Source: a virus | Strand: one strand, 5' to 3' | Length of the DNA: 64,000 nucleotides | IMG/VR virus record: IMGVR_UViG_3300042907_001527 | Span: 1-64,000 of that record | Part shown: positions 18,498 through 29,469 of the stretch, piece by piece | Position numbering within the stretch: the stretch's first letter is position 1 | Layout: every line of letters starts with the position of its first letter | Program-made: the position numbers and the translations under genes | The notes under the pieces: generated by a model | The model's database searches: none | The model's input: the letters and a program-made list of their open reading frames with translations, nothing else | What the model was told of the DNA's origin: nothing

Positions 18498-21400
18498 TTA
18501 TTGAATATTTTGTTTTAAATTTATCTAATGCGGTCAGTCCTTGATTAATTCCAAAATAAAAATGAAATGGAGCTCCAACTAAAAATTTAGGAGGATAAGT
18601 TCCTGCATCATAACTAAACAAACCAGTGTTGTCTACATTAAAAATATATCCTCTCTCATATATATCACTTATTTGAGTGTTTGAACCAATAAAATAACTT
18701 GGCTCATTAAGATTTCGTCTAGATAATGATTGGTAGTTATATCCAAAAATTCCTGTATTAGCGGCAGATTCGTTTGTTTTCCAATTATTTTTTTCTGAAC
18801 CAAAAATACTTTGGGTGGATGGTTGTTTTAATTCCCATTGGTAAAATGGAACATATTGAGATTTAATTCCATAAGGATAGGTTATTGCGTTTGCGTTATT
18901 TGATGGTCTAAAATTAATAACTCCAGGTGTTAAAAAATCTTTGTTTTGTAAATCAAAAGTAGTCGACGAAAAGAAAATTCCCATTGTTGGTGCTGTAAGG
19001 TTACCTAAAATAACAACTGGGTCGTCTGGAGTTCCGTATACACTATAAAATTCTGGTGAAAAGGGAATGACACCATATTCAGAATTAATTGACATACTTT
19101 GAGCTAAATCACCGTCAATTCTTTTTCCACCATTAAAGTCTCTAGTAAATAATTGATTTAATCCGTTATTACCAAAAGAAAAAAGTTGAGCTAAAAATCC
19201 TTCATCAGTAATTCTTGATATTACAAATAAATTAACCAAATCGGAGGTATCCGAATAACTTGTTGGGTTTAAACTATCCATAATATATGCCTTAGCTGAT
19301 GGGTCAAATATTATTTCTTGATAAAAATCATCTTTAATTCCTAAATTAATAATTGTTGTTGGAAACAATAAATTTCTTGTGTTAACCGGTCTTATATCAC
19401 GGGAACCATTAGAAGGATTAGTTGGTCTACCAATAAATCTTTGTGAAGATGGTAAATAAGGCGAACTTCTATAATAAAAATTATTAGTTTTACCGTCAAA
19501 ATATGCGAGTTGTTTTGCAAAATCAGGCGGTAATGGTTTATTTTCTTGGTCATAGTAAGTATCAATTTGAAGTGGAAACATATATAAAGAACCATTAACC
19601 CAATTATTAGTAAACGATTGAGCCAAAACTCCTCGACATAGTCCATAAAAAAATCTAAACCTAAATGCCCATTCACTAAAACTTTTTATATCTCTTTTAA
19701 TTCCTTCCGTTAATTGTGTAAATATAGTTGTGTTAGGAATCTCTTGTAAAAAAACATAACACCCATTTTCTACCGCGTCAGATTCGGGACAACCTGATTT
19801 AATTCCAAAATTAACACTATTACCACTATAACAACTAAGATTTACCATTCTATCACAATCGGTTAGACTATCTAAAACATTAGTAGCTGCTAATTGTCCT
19901 TCAATGTCAGGAGTTACTTGTGATGCTCCAGTTGAAAGTACGGGTTGAACTAATAATCCAGAACCATTATTTTGAAGAACGTATGATGCAAATATACTAT
20001 TTTGTTGTAAAAGACTAGGGTTGTCTGGCGAATCAAATGTGTCCGAACTTGGAAGTCTTCCAGTTCTCATAATATTTTTAGTAGGATTTGAAATTGATAA
20101 TGACGTAGTTGATGAATATATTTTAGTAAAATTATATCGATTCATTCCTCCAACATACACAGTAAGTTGGTTACTATCCATACCAACTTCTTCAGTTGAG
20201 GGGTTTAACAAACTCAGCATATCTCCTCCAGATAAATCTTCCGCATTATCATAGAAATTTGACCCAATTGTGGCACTGTATAATAAATTACTAGTCATAC
20301 TTCTAATCCCTTTAAGAGTTGGGGGAGTGTATTGTATAGTAGTAAAAAAAGAACTACTAATATTTGAATCTAATCTTCCATAATATCTCACATTACTTGT
20401 TGTAAATCCGGAATATTGTTGTCCTGGTGTAACTGAACCGGATACTCCAGGAGTAAAAAATTTAGATTGGAAAAATATGTTATTCTGATTAGTATGTGTT
20501 GGTACTGTAGTTGTAGAACCAGCGGGTACTTTTTGTACCGGAATATTAACTCTAGTTGAAGCTGTAAATACCCAATCAGGGTCATCAATATCTTGTCCAA
20601 ATATTCTTCCAACACTATATTTGTTGGTAAGTAATGGTGAGTATGGGTCAACACCTCTTTGTAAAATTACAACTTTTTGACTTGCAAAATCCTCAAAATA
20701 ATTTGCCGGTATATACTGCAATGTGCCAAGAGTTTTATATCCGTCATTAGTATCACCCAAAGCATTTTGGATATTTTGACGCTGAGTTATACTACTTGAA
20801 GTTAGTAATTCTGATAAAAATCCAGAGCTACTTGATGCATTTGGAATAATAAAATTTGTCACTCCATTTATTACGGTAGTTGATATAGTAATTGCTGTTA
20901 ATACTTGATAATATTCTATATCTGAAGGAAATGAATATCTTTGACAGGTATCTCCAGTACTTACCACCGTATATTCTGCGGTACCCCCTAAACTTTGTAA
21001 TTGTATACAATAGTCAATATTAGAAATGGTTTGAGGTCCAAGTGTTGTTGCAGTAATAGTATAAGAAAGATTATTACAGTCTTTATAAGTAATAGTCCCC
21101 ACATTATCAACTAAACCAGTTACTTCTACTCCAATACTACTAAAACAAAACTCCTCTATATTTTCATTTTTTGGAATAACATATGAGGTGCTTAGATTAT
21201 TTAATTTATTCGTTGGGTCGGCGTATTCTACATTCATGACAAATTCATCGGTTTGCAATTTTCCTATAATACCATTAACAGCATTTGTTGGTGATACTCC
21301 TGCACTAACTGTAACGTTCTGCGACCACAAAAAGTTAGAGTCTGTAGAACCACTAGGGTTTATAAACGATAAAATTGAACCTGGTTCTAAATTTTCAACA

Positions 21401-23589
21401 AAATCAGGAACTACCAATACTGTTAAAGTATTGTCGTAGTGATAATTTAAATTTGAATCTGCGGCAAAAGTGACTTTAATCCTATTAACATTATCATAAT
21501 ACTTGTTGTTTGTATTAAAAATATTAATTCTAACACCTAACGGTATTGTTGATTGAAAACTATATCCCCATGGTCCATAACCAACAGGATTATTAAAAAA
21601 AGATATTGTTTCTCCATCTCTTGTTTGTCGTACCTCACTAACCGCTGTTTTATACTTAGAATTATTTACATTTGCTGGGTTTGTTGCGAGAGCTTCAGTT
21701 AAATTTAGAATAATTTCATTTTGATAATTAAAGCCATCCCAAAGCGTACCAAAAGCGGATGCATAATATTGTTCAACTAAGTCATAATAAAGTGTTGGGT
21801 TAGATACCGGAGTTAAAAAATTAGCGTCCGGTGGAGTTGTTGAGGTCGAAGTAGTTGTTCCTGCAACTAACGTATCACATTCACAAGCCTCACAGTCCGG
21901 ATAGGTAATCATTGGTATTCTGATTGCATCATATTTTTTTTTACAATACTTACTATAACTCTTGAATGGTTTTTGGAAAAGAATATTAATCTTAGAAAAT
22001 GCACATAAAATAAAATAAACAAAATTTTCCACAAACTGTATTAGGGCACCTATGAATAGAAGTATCAGTCCAATTGGTTGTAATATTGTCATAAGAACTG
22101 AAAATAAAAAATATATTAAATCAAAATTTCTAAAACCCTCATTTACTGGAAATTTATTGATACTATCACAATCTTGACTATCAATTTCTTTAATGCCAAT
22201 AAATCTACCTCTAAAACCATTTTTAAATTGGTCAATAAATCCTGAAACCGTATAAACTCTATTAAATTCAAATTCATAAAAAGTATCTTCACAATTTATT
22301 GCCGCTTGTGTATTTGTATATCCCGTCCAATCTAATCCAAAATAATAAGAACCCGCTAATTTTTCATTAGTTAAATAGTCGGGCTCCAAATTTGGGTCAG
22401 TTCCGGTAATTGTCCAACCATATTCTTTAATATTTGGAACTAAGAAATATGGTCGTTTTACATCAGTTAATGATGGAGGTTGCTGCCACTTAATTTTAAA
22501 TCTATATTTTGATTTAGTTGGTATTCCCAATGTTGGGTCATTTGAGATAACTCTCTCACCAAATTCATTAGTTATAATATAATCTAAATTCATTGGTAAT
22601 TCAGTTAACCAAACCCCATCACCGTCAATAATATTTCCTGATTGTTCTAATTTAAATTCTTCTAATATTGGTTTACCTGTATCATCTTGTTGAATAGTTT
22701 GTCTAATTACCAATATTTGTCCAGGTCCTGACTGTAAACTACAAAGATTTCCCATATTATCTTTTGGTCTTCCTTTTTTTCTAACTCTAAATTTATCTGG
22801 AGTTGAGTATATTGACCCCATAAAAACCGCAGTGGGTTGTATGTCAACATTTGAATCGTCTCTTAAATCAAAATCTAAACGATTAATGGCTATGTCACAA
22901 ATATCAGGTTCACCCCAAAGTGGTGAAATGTCTAACTGTTTAACAGAATTAATAATTTGTGGTAATGAATTTAAATCTGTTGACGTTTTAAATCTATTAC
23001 CCGCAACTTGTCCTTCAGTTGCAAGACCCATTCTAATTAAATCTTGTGGTGTTAATGAAAACTCTCCAATGTCAGATAAATCAACATCCATAACTACAGT
23101 TTGAAACCCTATTGGTACACCCATTATCATGTAATCACCACTTTCATTTGTTTTGGATGTTAGAAGATAATATTTGTCATAAATTTCAATTGTGGTTGTT
23201 TCTGTTAACGCATCCATTCTTGAAGGAAGAGTTCCTGTTGCCGCATGAGCGGAATAAGATTTCATGTAAGGTAATAAATTATACCTATATCCATCTTCAT
23301 TTACATCGTTAGGTGATTTATACGGATAGATACTAGAAATTATTGGGTTTGATACATCAATATTACTAATAGGAATAAAGATTGATACTCTAGCGTTTGG
23401 TAATCCAAACCCATTGTTTGCCGTTACTCTTCCAACAATAACTCCATAATCAGCACAACTTCTATTATAAACATCTTCTTGTTGTAATGTTAAAGATAAA
23501 ATCTCTAATTGTTCAAACTCTTGGTCTAATTGTACGTTGATTGTTTTGTTAATACCTAACTCAGTCCTTATTCTATATGATTGACCCAT
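18490..23589 (-). CDS. Large baseplate-associated protein with N-terminal carboxypeptidase-regulatory-like beta domain and an internal hydrophobic segment
   Basis: GRVTANNGFGLPNARVSIF...TNESGDYMIMGVPIG; hydrophobic FDLIYFLFSVLMTILQPIGLILLFIGALIQF; directly downstream of the gp6-like gene. Confidence 0.6.
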   Translation of the reverse strand: MGQSYRIRTELGINKTINVQLDQEFEQLEILSLTLQQEDVYNRSCADYGVIVGRVTANNGFGLPNARVSIFIPISNIDVSNPIISSIYPYKSPNDVNEDGYRYNLLPYMKSYSAHAATGTLPSRMDALTETTTIEIYDKYYLLTSKTNESGDYMIMGVPIGFQTVVMDVDLSDIGEFSLTPQDLIRMGLATEGQVAGNRFKTSTDLNSLPQIINSVKQLDISPLWGEPDICDIAINRLDFDLRDDSNVDIQPTAVFMGSIYSTPDKFRVRKKGRPKDNMGNLCSLQSGPGQILVIRQTIQQDDTGKPILEEFKLEQSGNIIDGDGVWLTELPMNLDYIITNEFGERVISNDPTLGIPTKSKYRFKIKWQQPPSLTDVKRPYFLVPNIKEYGWTITGTDPNLEPDYLTNEKLAGSYYFGLDWTGYTNTQAAINCEDTFYEFEFNRVYTVSGFIDQFKNGFRGRFIGIKEIDSQDCDSINKFPVNEGFRNFDLIYFLFSVLMTILQPIGLILLFIGALIQFVENFVYFILCAFSKINILFQKPFKSYSKYCKKKYDAIRIPMITYPDCEACECDTLVAGTTTSTSTTPPDANFLTPVSNPTLYYDLVEQYYASAFGTLWDGFNYQNEIILNLTEALATNPANVNNSKYKTAVSEVRQTRDGETISFFNNPVGYGPWGYSFQSTIPLGVRINIFNTNNKYYDNVNRIKVTFAADSNLNYHYDNTLTVLVVPDFVENLEPGSILSFINPSGSTDSNFLWSQNVTVSAGVSPTNAVNGIIGKLQTDEFVMNVEYADPTNKLNNLSTSYVIPKNENIEEFCFSSIGVEVTGLVDNVGTITYKDCNNLSYTITATTLGPQTISNIDYCIQLQSLGGTAEYTVVSTGDTCQRYSFPSDIEYYQVLTAITISTTVINGVTNFIIPNASSSSGFLSELLTSSSITQRQNIQNALGDTNDGYKTLGTLQYIPANYFEDFASQKVVILQRGVDPYSPLLTNKYSVGRIFGQDIDDPDWVFTASTRVNIPVQKVPAGSTTTVPTHTNQNNIFFQSKFFTPGVSGSVTPGQQYSGFTTSNVRYYGRLDSNISSSFFTTIQYTPPTLKGIRSMTSNLLYSATIGSNFYDNAEDLSGGDMLSLLNPSTEEVGMDSNQLTVYVGGMNRYNFTKIYSSTTSLSISNPTKNIMRTGRLPSSDTFDSPDNPSLLQQNSIFASYVLQNNGSGLLVQPVLSTGASQVTPDIEGQLAATNVLDSLTDCDRMVNLSCYSGNSVNFGIKSGCPESDAVENGCYVFLQEIPNTTIFTQLTEGIKRDIKSFSEWAFRFRFFYGLCRGVLAQSFTNNWVNGSLYMFPLQIDTYYDQENKPLPPDFAKQLAYFDGKTNNFYYRSSPYLPSSQRFIGRPTNPSNGSRDIRPVNTRNLLFPTTIINLGIKDDFYQEIIFDPSAKAYIMDSLNPTSYSDTSDLVNLFVISRITDEGFLAQLFSFGNNGLNQLFTRDFNGGKRIDGDLAQSMSINSEYGVIPFSPEFYSVYGTPDDPVVILGNLTAPTMGIFFSSTTFDLQNKDFLTPGVINFRPSNNANAITYPYGIKSQYVPFYQWELKQPSTQSIFGSEKNNWKTNESAANTGIFGYNYQSLSRRNLNEPSYFIGSNTQISDIYERGYIFNVDNTGLFSYDAGTYPPKFLVGAPFHFYFGINQGLTALDKFKTKYSISE

Positions 23590-23681
23590 TAATACCTTTA
23601 ATTAATAAATAGTTTATGTGGGATTTTTAAAATGAACACACACAATTAAATAATAATCTAAAGAAAAAATAAGTGAACTTG

Positions 23682-25520
23682 TTAAGAGAAAGTAATCGAT
23701 TGGAAGTTTTTAACTGAAACTTTAATATCTTTACCAGGGTACCTAATTTGATAAACTTGTGATGGTTGCGCAAATATAGTATCATCAACTGGCCCAATAA
23801 GTTTTACTGCCGGGTCTGAATACTCCATAGATGTTTCTGCAGATGAATACTGACCTCCAACTTCATTAAATATATCTAATGTTGACACGGTTAATACCCC
23901 ATTTGTGTTTTGAATAATACTTCTAAGTTCTGATAAATAGACATTTTGACCTAATTGTCTTGTTTGAGGGTTAAAATATGTTGATACTTTATCAATAACA
24001 CTTGAAATAACTTGTCCTGAGTTTTGAGCGGAATCTAAAACAATTGCAACATCAACACTCAAATCAATAACCTCAGCACTGAATATAGAAATATAATCAT
24101 TCATCATTCGGTAATTTGATAAATAATTTGCAATGTTTTGTCTTAAAGTATTTGAAACAATGTTTGTTAATTTACCTGAAGTATCAAAAGATAGTATTTG
24201 AATTAAAATTTTATTATTATTTTCGGTAATAGAAACTTTGGCAGGTGCACCAAATTGGGATGGCATGTTTCTAATAATTGATTCATAATCTTGTACTGTT
24301 ACCGCCCTTTTTTGTGCTGAAAAATTAAATGAAACGTAATTTCTAATTTCTTCCAATGAGGGAATTCCCGCTCCACCAACAGCTGCCGTGACATTTACAC
24401 ATCTTAATGAATTAACTACAGTAGAGTTTGTTGTTTCAGAAGGCCCATTAACATAAAAAGATATGGTGCCTAATTGATTAATTACATTTGAACCTAAATT
24501 TGTTGCTAATCCACCACCAACTCTATATTGAATAAACAATGTTGAATTTGGAGATAATGCCGAACCTAATGAAAAATTATTTGAGTATTTTTGAAGTTCT
24601 AATGTGGTACCTAAAGTTGTAAATTGGTTTAATTGGTCTTGAGCAGTGTTTGTTCCTCCACCAAATGTCATTTTTTTAAATCCTTCAGGAGTAAATTCCG
24701 TAATAAATCTATTTTGTGTTTGAATGTATTTTCCAACTTTAATTCCAGGTTGGTCGGAAACTTTTGTTAAGTCTTCAATAAAAACTCGGTCTTCCGCCAA
24801 AGCATCTACCTCATACCATTTATTATCTAAACCTAAAAACTCTGCAGTTGTCGGTGTATTTGTATATTGTGTACCATTTTTTAATATGACACTTGTAATA
24901 CCTAATACGTTCTTTTCTGGTAGGAATAATTCAAAGAAAGGTTTAACATCATTTGCACCAATAACTCTTTTAAATACTTTTGTTATACCATTAACAACAA
25001 CTTCTCTTTTTGTGATAGTATAATTAACTAAAATATTATTAGAATTAAAGTTTGGAATTTTTAATCTATTTGGAAACCCTTGGGAATTATATGGTGAGGC
25101 AAAATCAATATCATTAACATTTTCAAATACAATTCCGGCTCCAACAACTTGTGAACCTCTTGTTAATATTCCAAGATATCTCTCATCTTCTTTATCACCA
25201 AAAGCAGGAACTGTAACTGAAAAATCAACCAAAGAAACTGAAGGTCTTTGACCTGGTAATTTTAATCCGTAAGTTCTAGCGATATTATATATTGACGACC
25301 TTTGTTGTGCATATTGTAATACTGTTTCCTGAATACTTCGGTCAATATTATAATGTAAGTTGTCAGCAATTGCAGCATTTAAATCAATAAATACGGAAAA
25401 TATTGAAGCGTCATTAAAATCTTGAATTAAGTCAGGATAGTAAGTTTTAGTATAATTTAAAAGTTCTGTCCTAATTGACTGATAATCTCTTGTTGCGTAC
25501 GATATTTTATTATTTGCCAT
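23682..25520 (-). CDS. Baseplate wedge subunit (T4 gp6 / baseplate J-like)
   Basis: ISYATRDYQSIRTEL, YRVGGG...N, AQKRAVTVQDYE motifs; follows the gp25-like gene. Confidence 0.9.
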   Translation of the reverse strand: MANNKISYATRDYQSIRTELLNYTKTYYPDLIQDFNDASIFSVFIDLNAAIADNLHYNIDRSIQETVLQYAQQRSSIYNIARTYGLKLPGQRPSVSLVDFSVTVPAFGDKEDERYLGILTRGSQVVGAGIVFENVNDIDFASPYNSQGFPNRLKIPNFNSNNILVNYTITKREVVVNGITKVFKRVIGANDVKPFFELFLPEKNVLGITSVILKNGTQYTNTPTTAEFLGLDNKWYEVDALAEDRVFIEDLTKVSDQPGIKVGKYIQTQNRFITEFTPEGFKKMTFGGGTNTAQDQLNQFTTLGTTLELQKYSNNFSLGSALSPNSTLFIQYRVGGGLATNLGSNVINQLGTISFYVNGPSETTNSTVVNSLRCVNVTAAVGGAGIPSLEEIRNYVSFNFSAQKRAVTVQDYESIIRNMPSQFGAPAKVSITENNNKILIQILSFDTSGKLTNIVSNTLRQNIANYLSNYRMMNDYISIFSAEVIDLSVDVAIVLDSAQNSGQVISSVIDKVSTYFNPQTRQLGQNVYLSELRSIIQNTNGVLTVSTLDIFNEVGGQYSSAETSMEYSDPAVKLIGPVDDTIFAQPSQVYQIRYPGKDIKVSVKNFQSITFS

Positions 25521-25525
25521 TTATA

Positions 25526-25996
25526 TTAAATATTAATAATAACAAAATCACTCTGTGCATATGTTGAGCCGTTTGTTGAGTAATCTAATCTTATTTTTGC
25601 GGTGTATTCAGAAGTTCCTTTACCCGGAAATCTGTAAATTGATGATTCACTAGTTCCCACAAAATTTTGACCTGTTGCAATATCAACTTCTTCTTCTGGG
25701 TCTGCAGGTAATATACTTAAACTATTAACTAATAAATTTGGCATAAAATTTTCAATAGCGTCTCTTATGTCAGATTCAATTGCAGTAAAAGTAACACCAT
25801 CAAATGGTTCAAAAATAAATTCATATAATCTTGTGCCAAATTGCGGTAAAAAGTATCGAGAACCTCTTCTTGTTAACAATAAATGTATTAAGTCCGCTTT
25901 AATTTCTTGGGATTGTAGTTCAGTAAGTTCTAAATAATCCCCTCGTCTAGAATCTCGAAAAGGGAAATTAATACCATAAGTAACACCATTTGCCAT
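25526..25996 (-). CDS. Baseplate wedge subunit gp25 / sheath initiator
   Basis: GINFPF...LLLTRRGSRYFLPQFGTRLYEFIFEP. Confidence 0.92.
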   Translation of the reverse strand: MANGVTYGINFPFRDSRRGDYLELTELQSQEIKADLIHLLLTRRGSRYFLPQFGTRLYEFIFEPFDGVTFTAIESDIRDAIENFMPNLLVNSLSILPADPEEEVDIATGQNFVGTSESSIYRFPGKGTSEYTAKIRLDYSTNGSTYAQSDFVIINI

Positions 25997-26035
25997 AACT
26001 ATAAATATAGTACTATCTATTTTTCTTTAAATAGA

Positions 26036-26068
26036 TTAAAAATGAAAAATCCCGACGTGTCGGGATTT
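26036..26068 (-). terminator. Rho-independent terminator after nrdA
   Basis: AAATCCCGAC-GT-GTCGGGATTT hairpin followed by a T-rich run on the minus strand. Confidence 0.8.
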
Positions 26069-26072
26069 ATAT

Positions 26073-28499
26073 TTAAGAGCTACACCCAAAACATTCAAAA
26101 GGACTATCTTCAGGTTTTGTGTTTAATTCAATTATTTCAACTTTTGGTATTTCAATCTTAACATTAGGTTTTGATATTTTTGAAACATCAACCGCCAAGT
26201 GTTTTGCTCCCGTTGAAATTGCTTTAGTTCTAACATAATAACATAAAGTTTTTAATCCTTTTTCCCATGAATAGAAATGCGATGAGGTAATTTTAGACAA
26301 TGTTGGATTTGCCATATAAATATTCATTGATTGTGATTGGTCAATAAATGGTGCTCTATCTGCCGCCATATTAATCAATTCTTTTTGTGAAATTTCCCAA
26401 ATTGTTTTGTATTTACTAATCAAGTATTCAATACGTTTAACTTTCTTGGTATAGTTTTTATCCTCAGTGTCAAGATGGTTATTAAAGTTAATGTTTTGAA
26501 TTGAACCTTCATTTAAAATGATTTCATTTTTTAATTCTTCACTCCAAATACCAATCTTTTCAAAATCATTAATCAAGTATTTGTTCACAATCATTATTTC
26601 ACCACCAACAACTCGTCTATTAAAAAGAGCAGAATGTGCGGGTTCTGTCATTTCAAACGAACCTGTAATTTTTGCTGAAGACGCTACAGGCATTTGAGCG
26701 GTAAATAATGAATTACAAACACCATAATTTTTAACGTTTTGTTTTAAATCGTTCCAAGGCCATCTACCTGAAAGGTCATCTTCATTTAATCCCCACATAT
26801 CAAATTGAAATACTCCTTTAGACATAGGTGAACCCTTGAAGTGAACGTATGGTTCGTATTTACCTTCCATACATAATTTATTACTTTCGGTGATTGCCGC
26901 AAAATAGATAGTTTCAAAAATCGCTTTGTTTAATTTTTTAGCTTCTTCAGATGTAAAAATGTAATCCATTAAATAGAACACATCTGCCAATCCTTGAGTT
27001 CCAATCGCAATTGCTCTTTGGTCTAATCCACCTTTTTTACCTTTTTCAGTTGAGTAACGATTAATATTAATAACTTTATTAAGTGCTCTAACAACTTTTC
27101 TAACTTCATCATAAAGTAGGTTAAAATCAAACTCACCCTTTTCAATAAAGTTTTTTAATACCATTGAGGATAATGTGCAGATTGCTGTGGTTTTCTCGTC
27201 AGTATATTGGTAAATTTCATTACAAAGATTTGATTGTTTAATTACACCAATGTTCTGATGGTTTGTTTTTTTGTTAGCACTATCTTTAGAACATAAGTAA
27301 GGAACACCTGTTTCAACTTGTGACTCAACAATCTTAGTCCAAACATCTTGAGCTTTAACTTTTTTACCAAGACCTAATTCAACTGCCATGTTGTAGTTGT
27401 TTTCATACTCATCACCATAGCATTCTTGAAGTGGTTTAATACCTGCTTTAATAATATCGTTAGGACAAAACAGATACCAATCAGTACTGTCTTTTACCGC
27501 TCTCATGAAGTTATCTGGAATCCAAAGAGCTGTGAATAAATCTCTCGCCCTTAATTCTTCGGCTCCTGTATTTTTTTTGATTTCCAATAAATCCATAACA
27601 TCTTTGTGCCATGGTTCAATGTAGATTGCAGCACTACCAGGCCGTCTTCCTTGTTGGTTAAAGAATCTTAATGACTCATTAACAATTTTTAAATACTTCA
27701 ACAATCCCCCTGAGTGTCCTCCTGATGTAGATATTCTACTTTCCTTACTTCTAATGTTAGACATAGATAAACCAATTCCGGCAGCGTCTGAAGAGTAGGT
27801 TGAAATATCATTTAAAGTCTCCAATAAACCATTACGTGAATCTGAGTTATTATAATGTAATACACAAGATGCTAATTGAGGAACTTTACTACCTGAATTG
27901 ATAATGATTGGTGTTGCGGGAGAAATAAGTTGATTAGACAATGAATTATAGTATTCTACCGCTTCCTCAAATGAGTTTGTTACCCATAGAGCAACTCTCA
28001 TATACATGTGTTGTGGTCTTTCAACTACTTTACCTTGTGGTGTCTTTAACAAATACATTTCTTGCAATGAACGCCAAGCAAAATAATCAAAATTATAATC
28101 TTTATTATGATTTATAATTTCATCAATATTTTTTTCTCCGTATTTTTGAATTGTTTCTATTAACAAATCATTAATAATTCCATGTGAATGTAACTCTGCA
28201 ATTGTTTCTGAAAAACTTGGGTTAGTTTCTTTATGATATGAAGAAATTGCAACTGATGAAGCCAATCTTGAATAGTCGTGATGACTACCAGTATATGCCG
28301 CAGCAATTTCATAAACCAACTTATCCAACTCTTTAGTTGTGATAAGTCCTTCAGTTGGTACCGAGGTAATAACTTTGATGAAGATTTCATCAGAATTTAC
28401 GTTCAACCCTTTAGCCGCACGTTTAACTCGATTATATATTTTTTGAGGATTAAATGATACGTCCTCACCGTTTCTTTTTTTAATTTTTAATGACATCAT
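26073..28499 (-). CDS. nrdA: Class Ia ribonucleotide reductase large subunit with ATP cone
   Basis: IKKRNGEDVSFNPQKI ATP cone, QLASC, SNLCNEI, CYYVR, C-terminal ECFGCSS. Confidence 0.97.
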   Translation of the reverse strand: MMSLKIKKRNGEDVSFNPQKIYNRVKRAAKGLNVNSDEIFIKVITSVPTEGLITTKELDKLVYEIAAAYTGSHHDYSRLASSVAISSYHKETNPSFSETIAELHSHGIINDLLIETIQKYGEKNIDEIINHNKDYNFDYFAWRSLQEMYLLKTPQGKVVERPQHMYMRVALWVTNSFEEAVEYYNSLSNQLISPATPIIINSGSKVPQLASCVLHYNNSDSRNGLLETLNDISTYSSDAAGIGLSMSNIRSKESRISTSGGHSGGLLKYLKIVNESLRFFNQQGRRPGSAAIYIEPWHKDVMDLLEIKKNTGAEELRARDLFTALWIPDNFMRAVKDSTDWYLFCPNDIIKAGIKPLQECYGDEYENNYNMAVELGLGKKVKAQDVWTKIVESQVETGVPYLCSKDSANKKTNHQNIGVIKQSNLCNEIYQYTDEKTTAICTLSSMVLKNFIEKGEFDFNLLYDEVRKVVRALNKVININRYSTEKGKKGGLDQRAIAIGTQGLADVFYLMDYIFTSEEAKKLNKAIFETIYFAAITESNKLCMEGKYEPYVHFKGSPMSKGVFQFDMWGLNEDDLSGRWPWNDLKQNVKNYGVCNSLFTAQMPVASSAKITGSFEMTEPAHSALFNRRVVGGEIMIVNKYLINDFEKIGIWSEELKNEIILNEGSIQNINFNNHLDTEDKNYTKKVKRIEYLISKYKTIWEISQKELINMAADRAPFIDQSQSMNIYMANPTLSKITSSHFYSWEKGLKTLCYYVRTKAISTGAKHLAVDVSKISKPNVKIEIPKVEIIELNTKPEDSPFECFGCSS

Positions 28500-28511
28500 A
28501 TTATTTTAATA

Positions 28512-29459
28512 TTAGAAATCTTCCTCGAAAGAAATTGTTTCGTTTAATTTTGCTTTTTGATACTCAACAGTTCTTGACTCAAAGAAATTTCCTTTTGTCT
28601 CAACTGCAATTTGTTCCATGAACTTAAATGGTTGTTCAACATTAAACTCCTTTTTACATCCTAGTTTAACCAATAACCCATCAACGACAAACTCAAGATA
28701 TTGTTTCATTAAGTTTGAGTTCATTCCAATTAAAGATACTGGTAATGACTCAGTAATAAATTCTTTCTCAATTTCTAATGCCGATAATAAAATCTCTCTG
28801 ATTTTTTTTTCACTTGGTTTATTTTCAATGTGATTGTTTAATAGGTGAATTGCAAAATCACAATGTAAATTTTCATCTTTAAAGATTAATGAATTAGCAT
28901 TACACAATCCTTGTAGGATACCTCTTGATTTTAACCAAAAAACTGAACAGAATGAACCTGAAAAGAAAATACCTTCAACTGCTGCAAAGGCAACCAATCT
29001 TTCTTGGAAAGATGATTTTTCAATCCAATCCAAAGCCCATTTAGCCTTTTTTTGAACTGCCGGTAAATTATCCAAAGCAGTGAAACATAGATTTTTTTCT
29101 TCTTCATTTGAAATGTATGTATCAATAAGAAGTGAATACATCAAACTATGAATGTTCTCCATCATAAGTTGGAACCCATAAAAGAATTTTGCTTCGGGAT
29201 ATTGTACCTCACGATAAAAGTTTTCCGCCAAATTTTCATTAACAATACCATCAGAAGCCGCAAAGAACGATAAAATATTCTTAACGAAATATTGCTCATT
29301 TTCAGATAGATTATTCCAATCTCTGATGTCATTAGTTAAATCAATTTCTTCAGCTGTCCACAAAGCAGCTTGGTGCATTTTGTAGTACTCCCAAATATCA
29401 TTGTGCTGGATTGGGAAGATAACAAACCTATTAGGGTTCTCCATTAATATTTTTTCCAT
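28512..29459 (-). CDS. nrdB: Class Ia ribonucleotide reductase small subunit (start revised to ATG 29459)
   Basis: [47 protein letters not shown]. Confidence 0.97.
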   Translation of the reverse strand: MEKILMENPNRFVIFPIQHNDIWEYYKMHQAALWTAEEIDLTNDIRDWNNLSENEQYFVKNILSFFAASDGIVNENLAENFYREVQYPEAKFFYGFQLMMENIHSLMYSLLIDTYISNEEEKNLCFTALDNLPAVQKKAKWALDWIEKSSFQERLVAFAAVEGIFFSGSFCSVFWLKSRGILQGLCNANSLIFKDENLHCDFAIHLLNNHIENKPSEKKIREILLSALEIEKEFITESLPVSLIGMNSNLMKQYLEFVVDGLLVKLGCKKEFNVEQPFKFMEQIAVETKGNFFESRTVEYQKAKLNETISFEEDF

Positions 29460-29469
29460 AATTGTTTTT

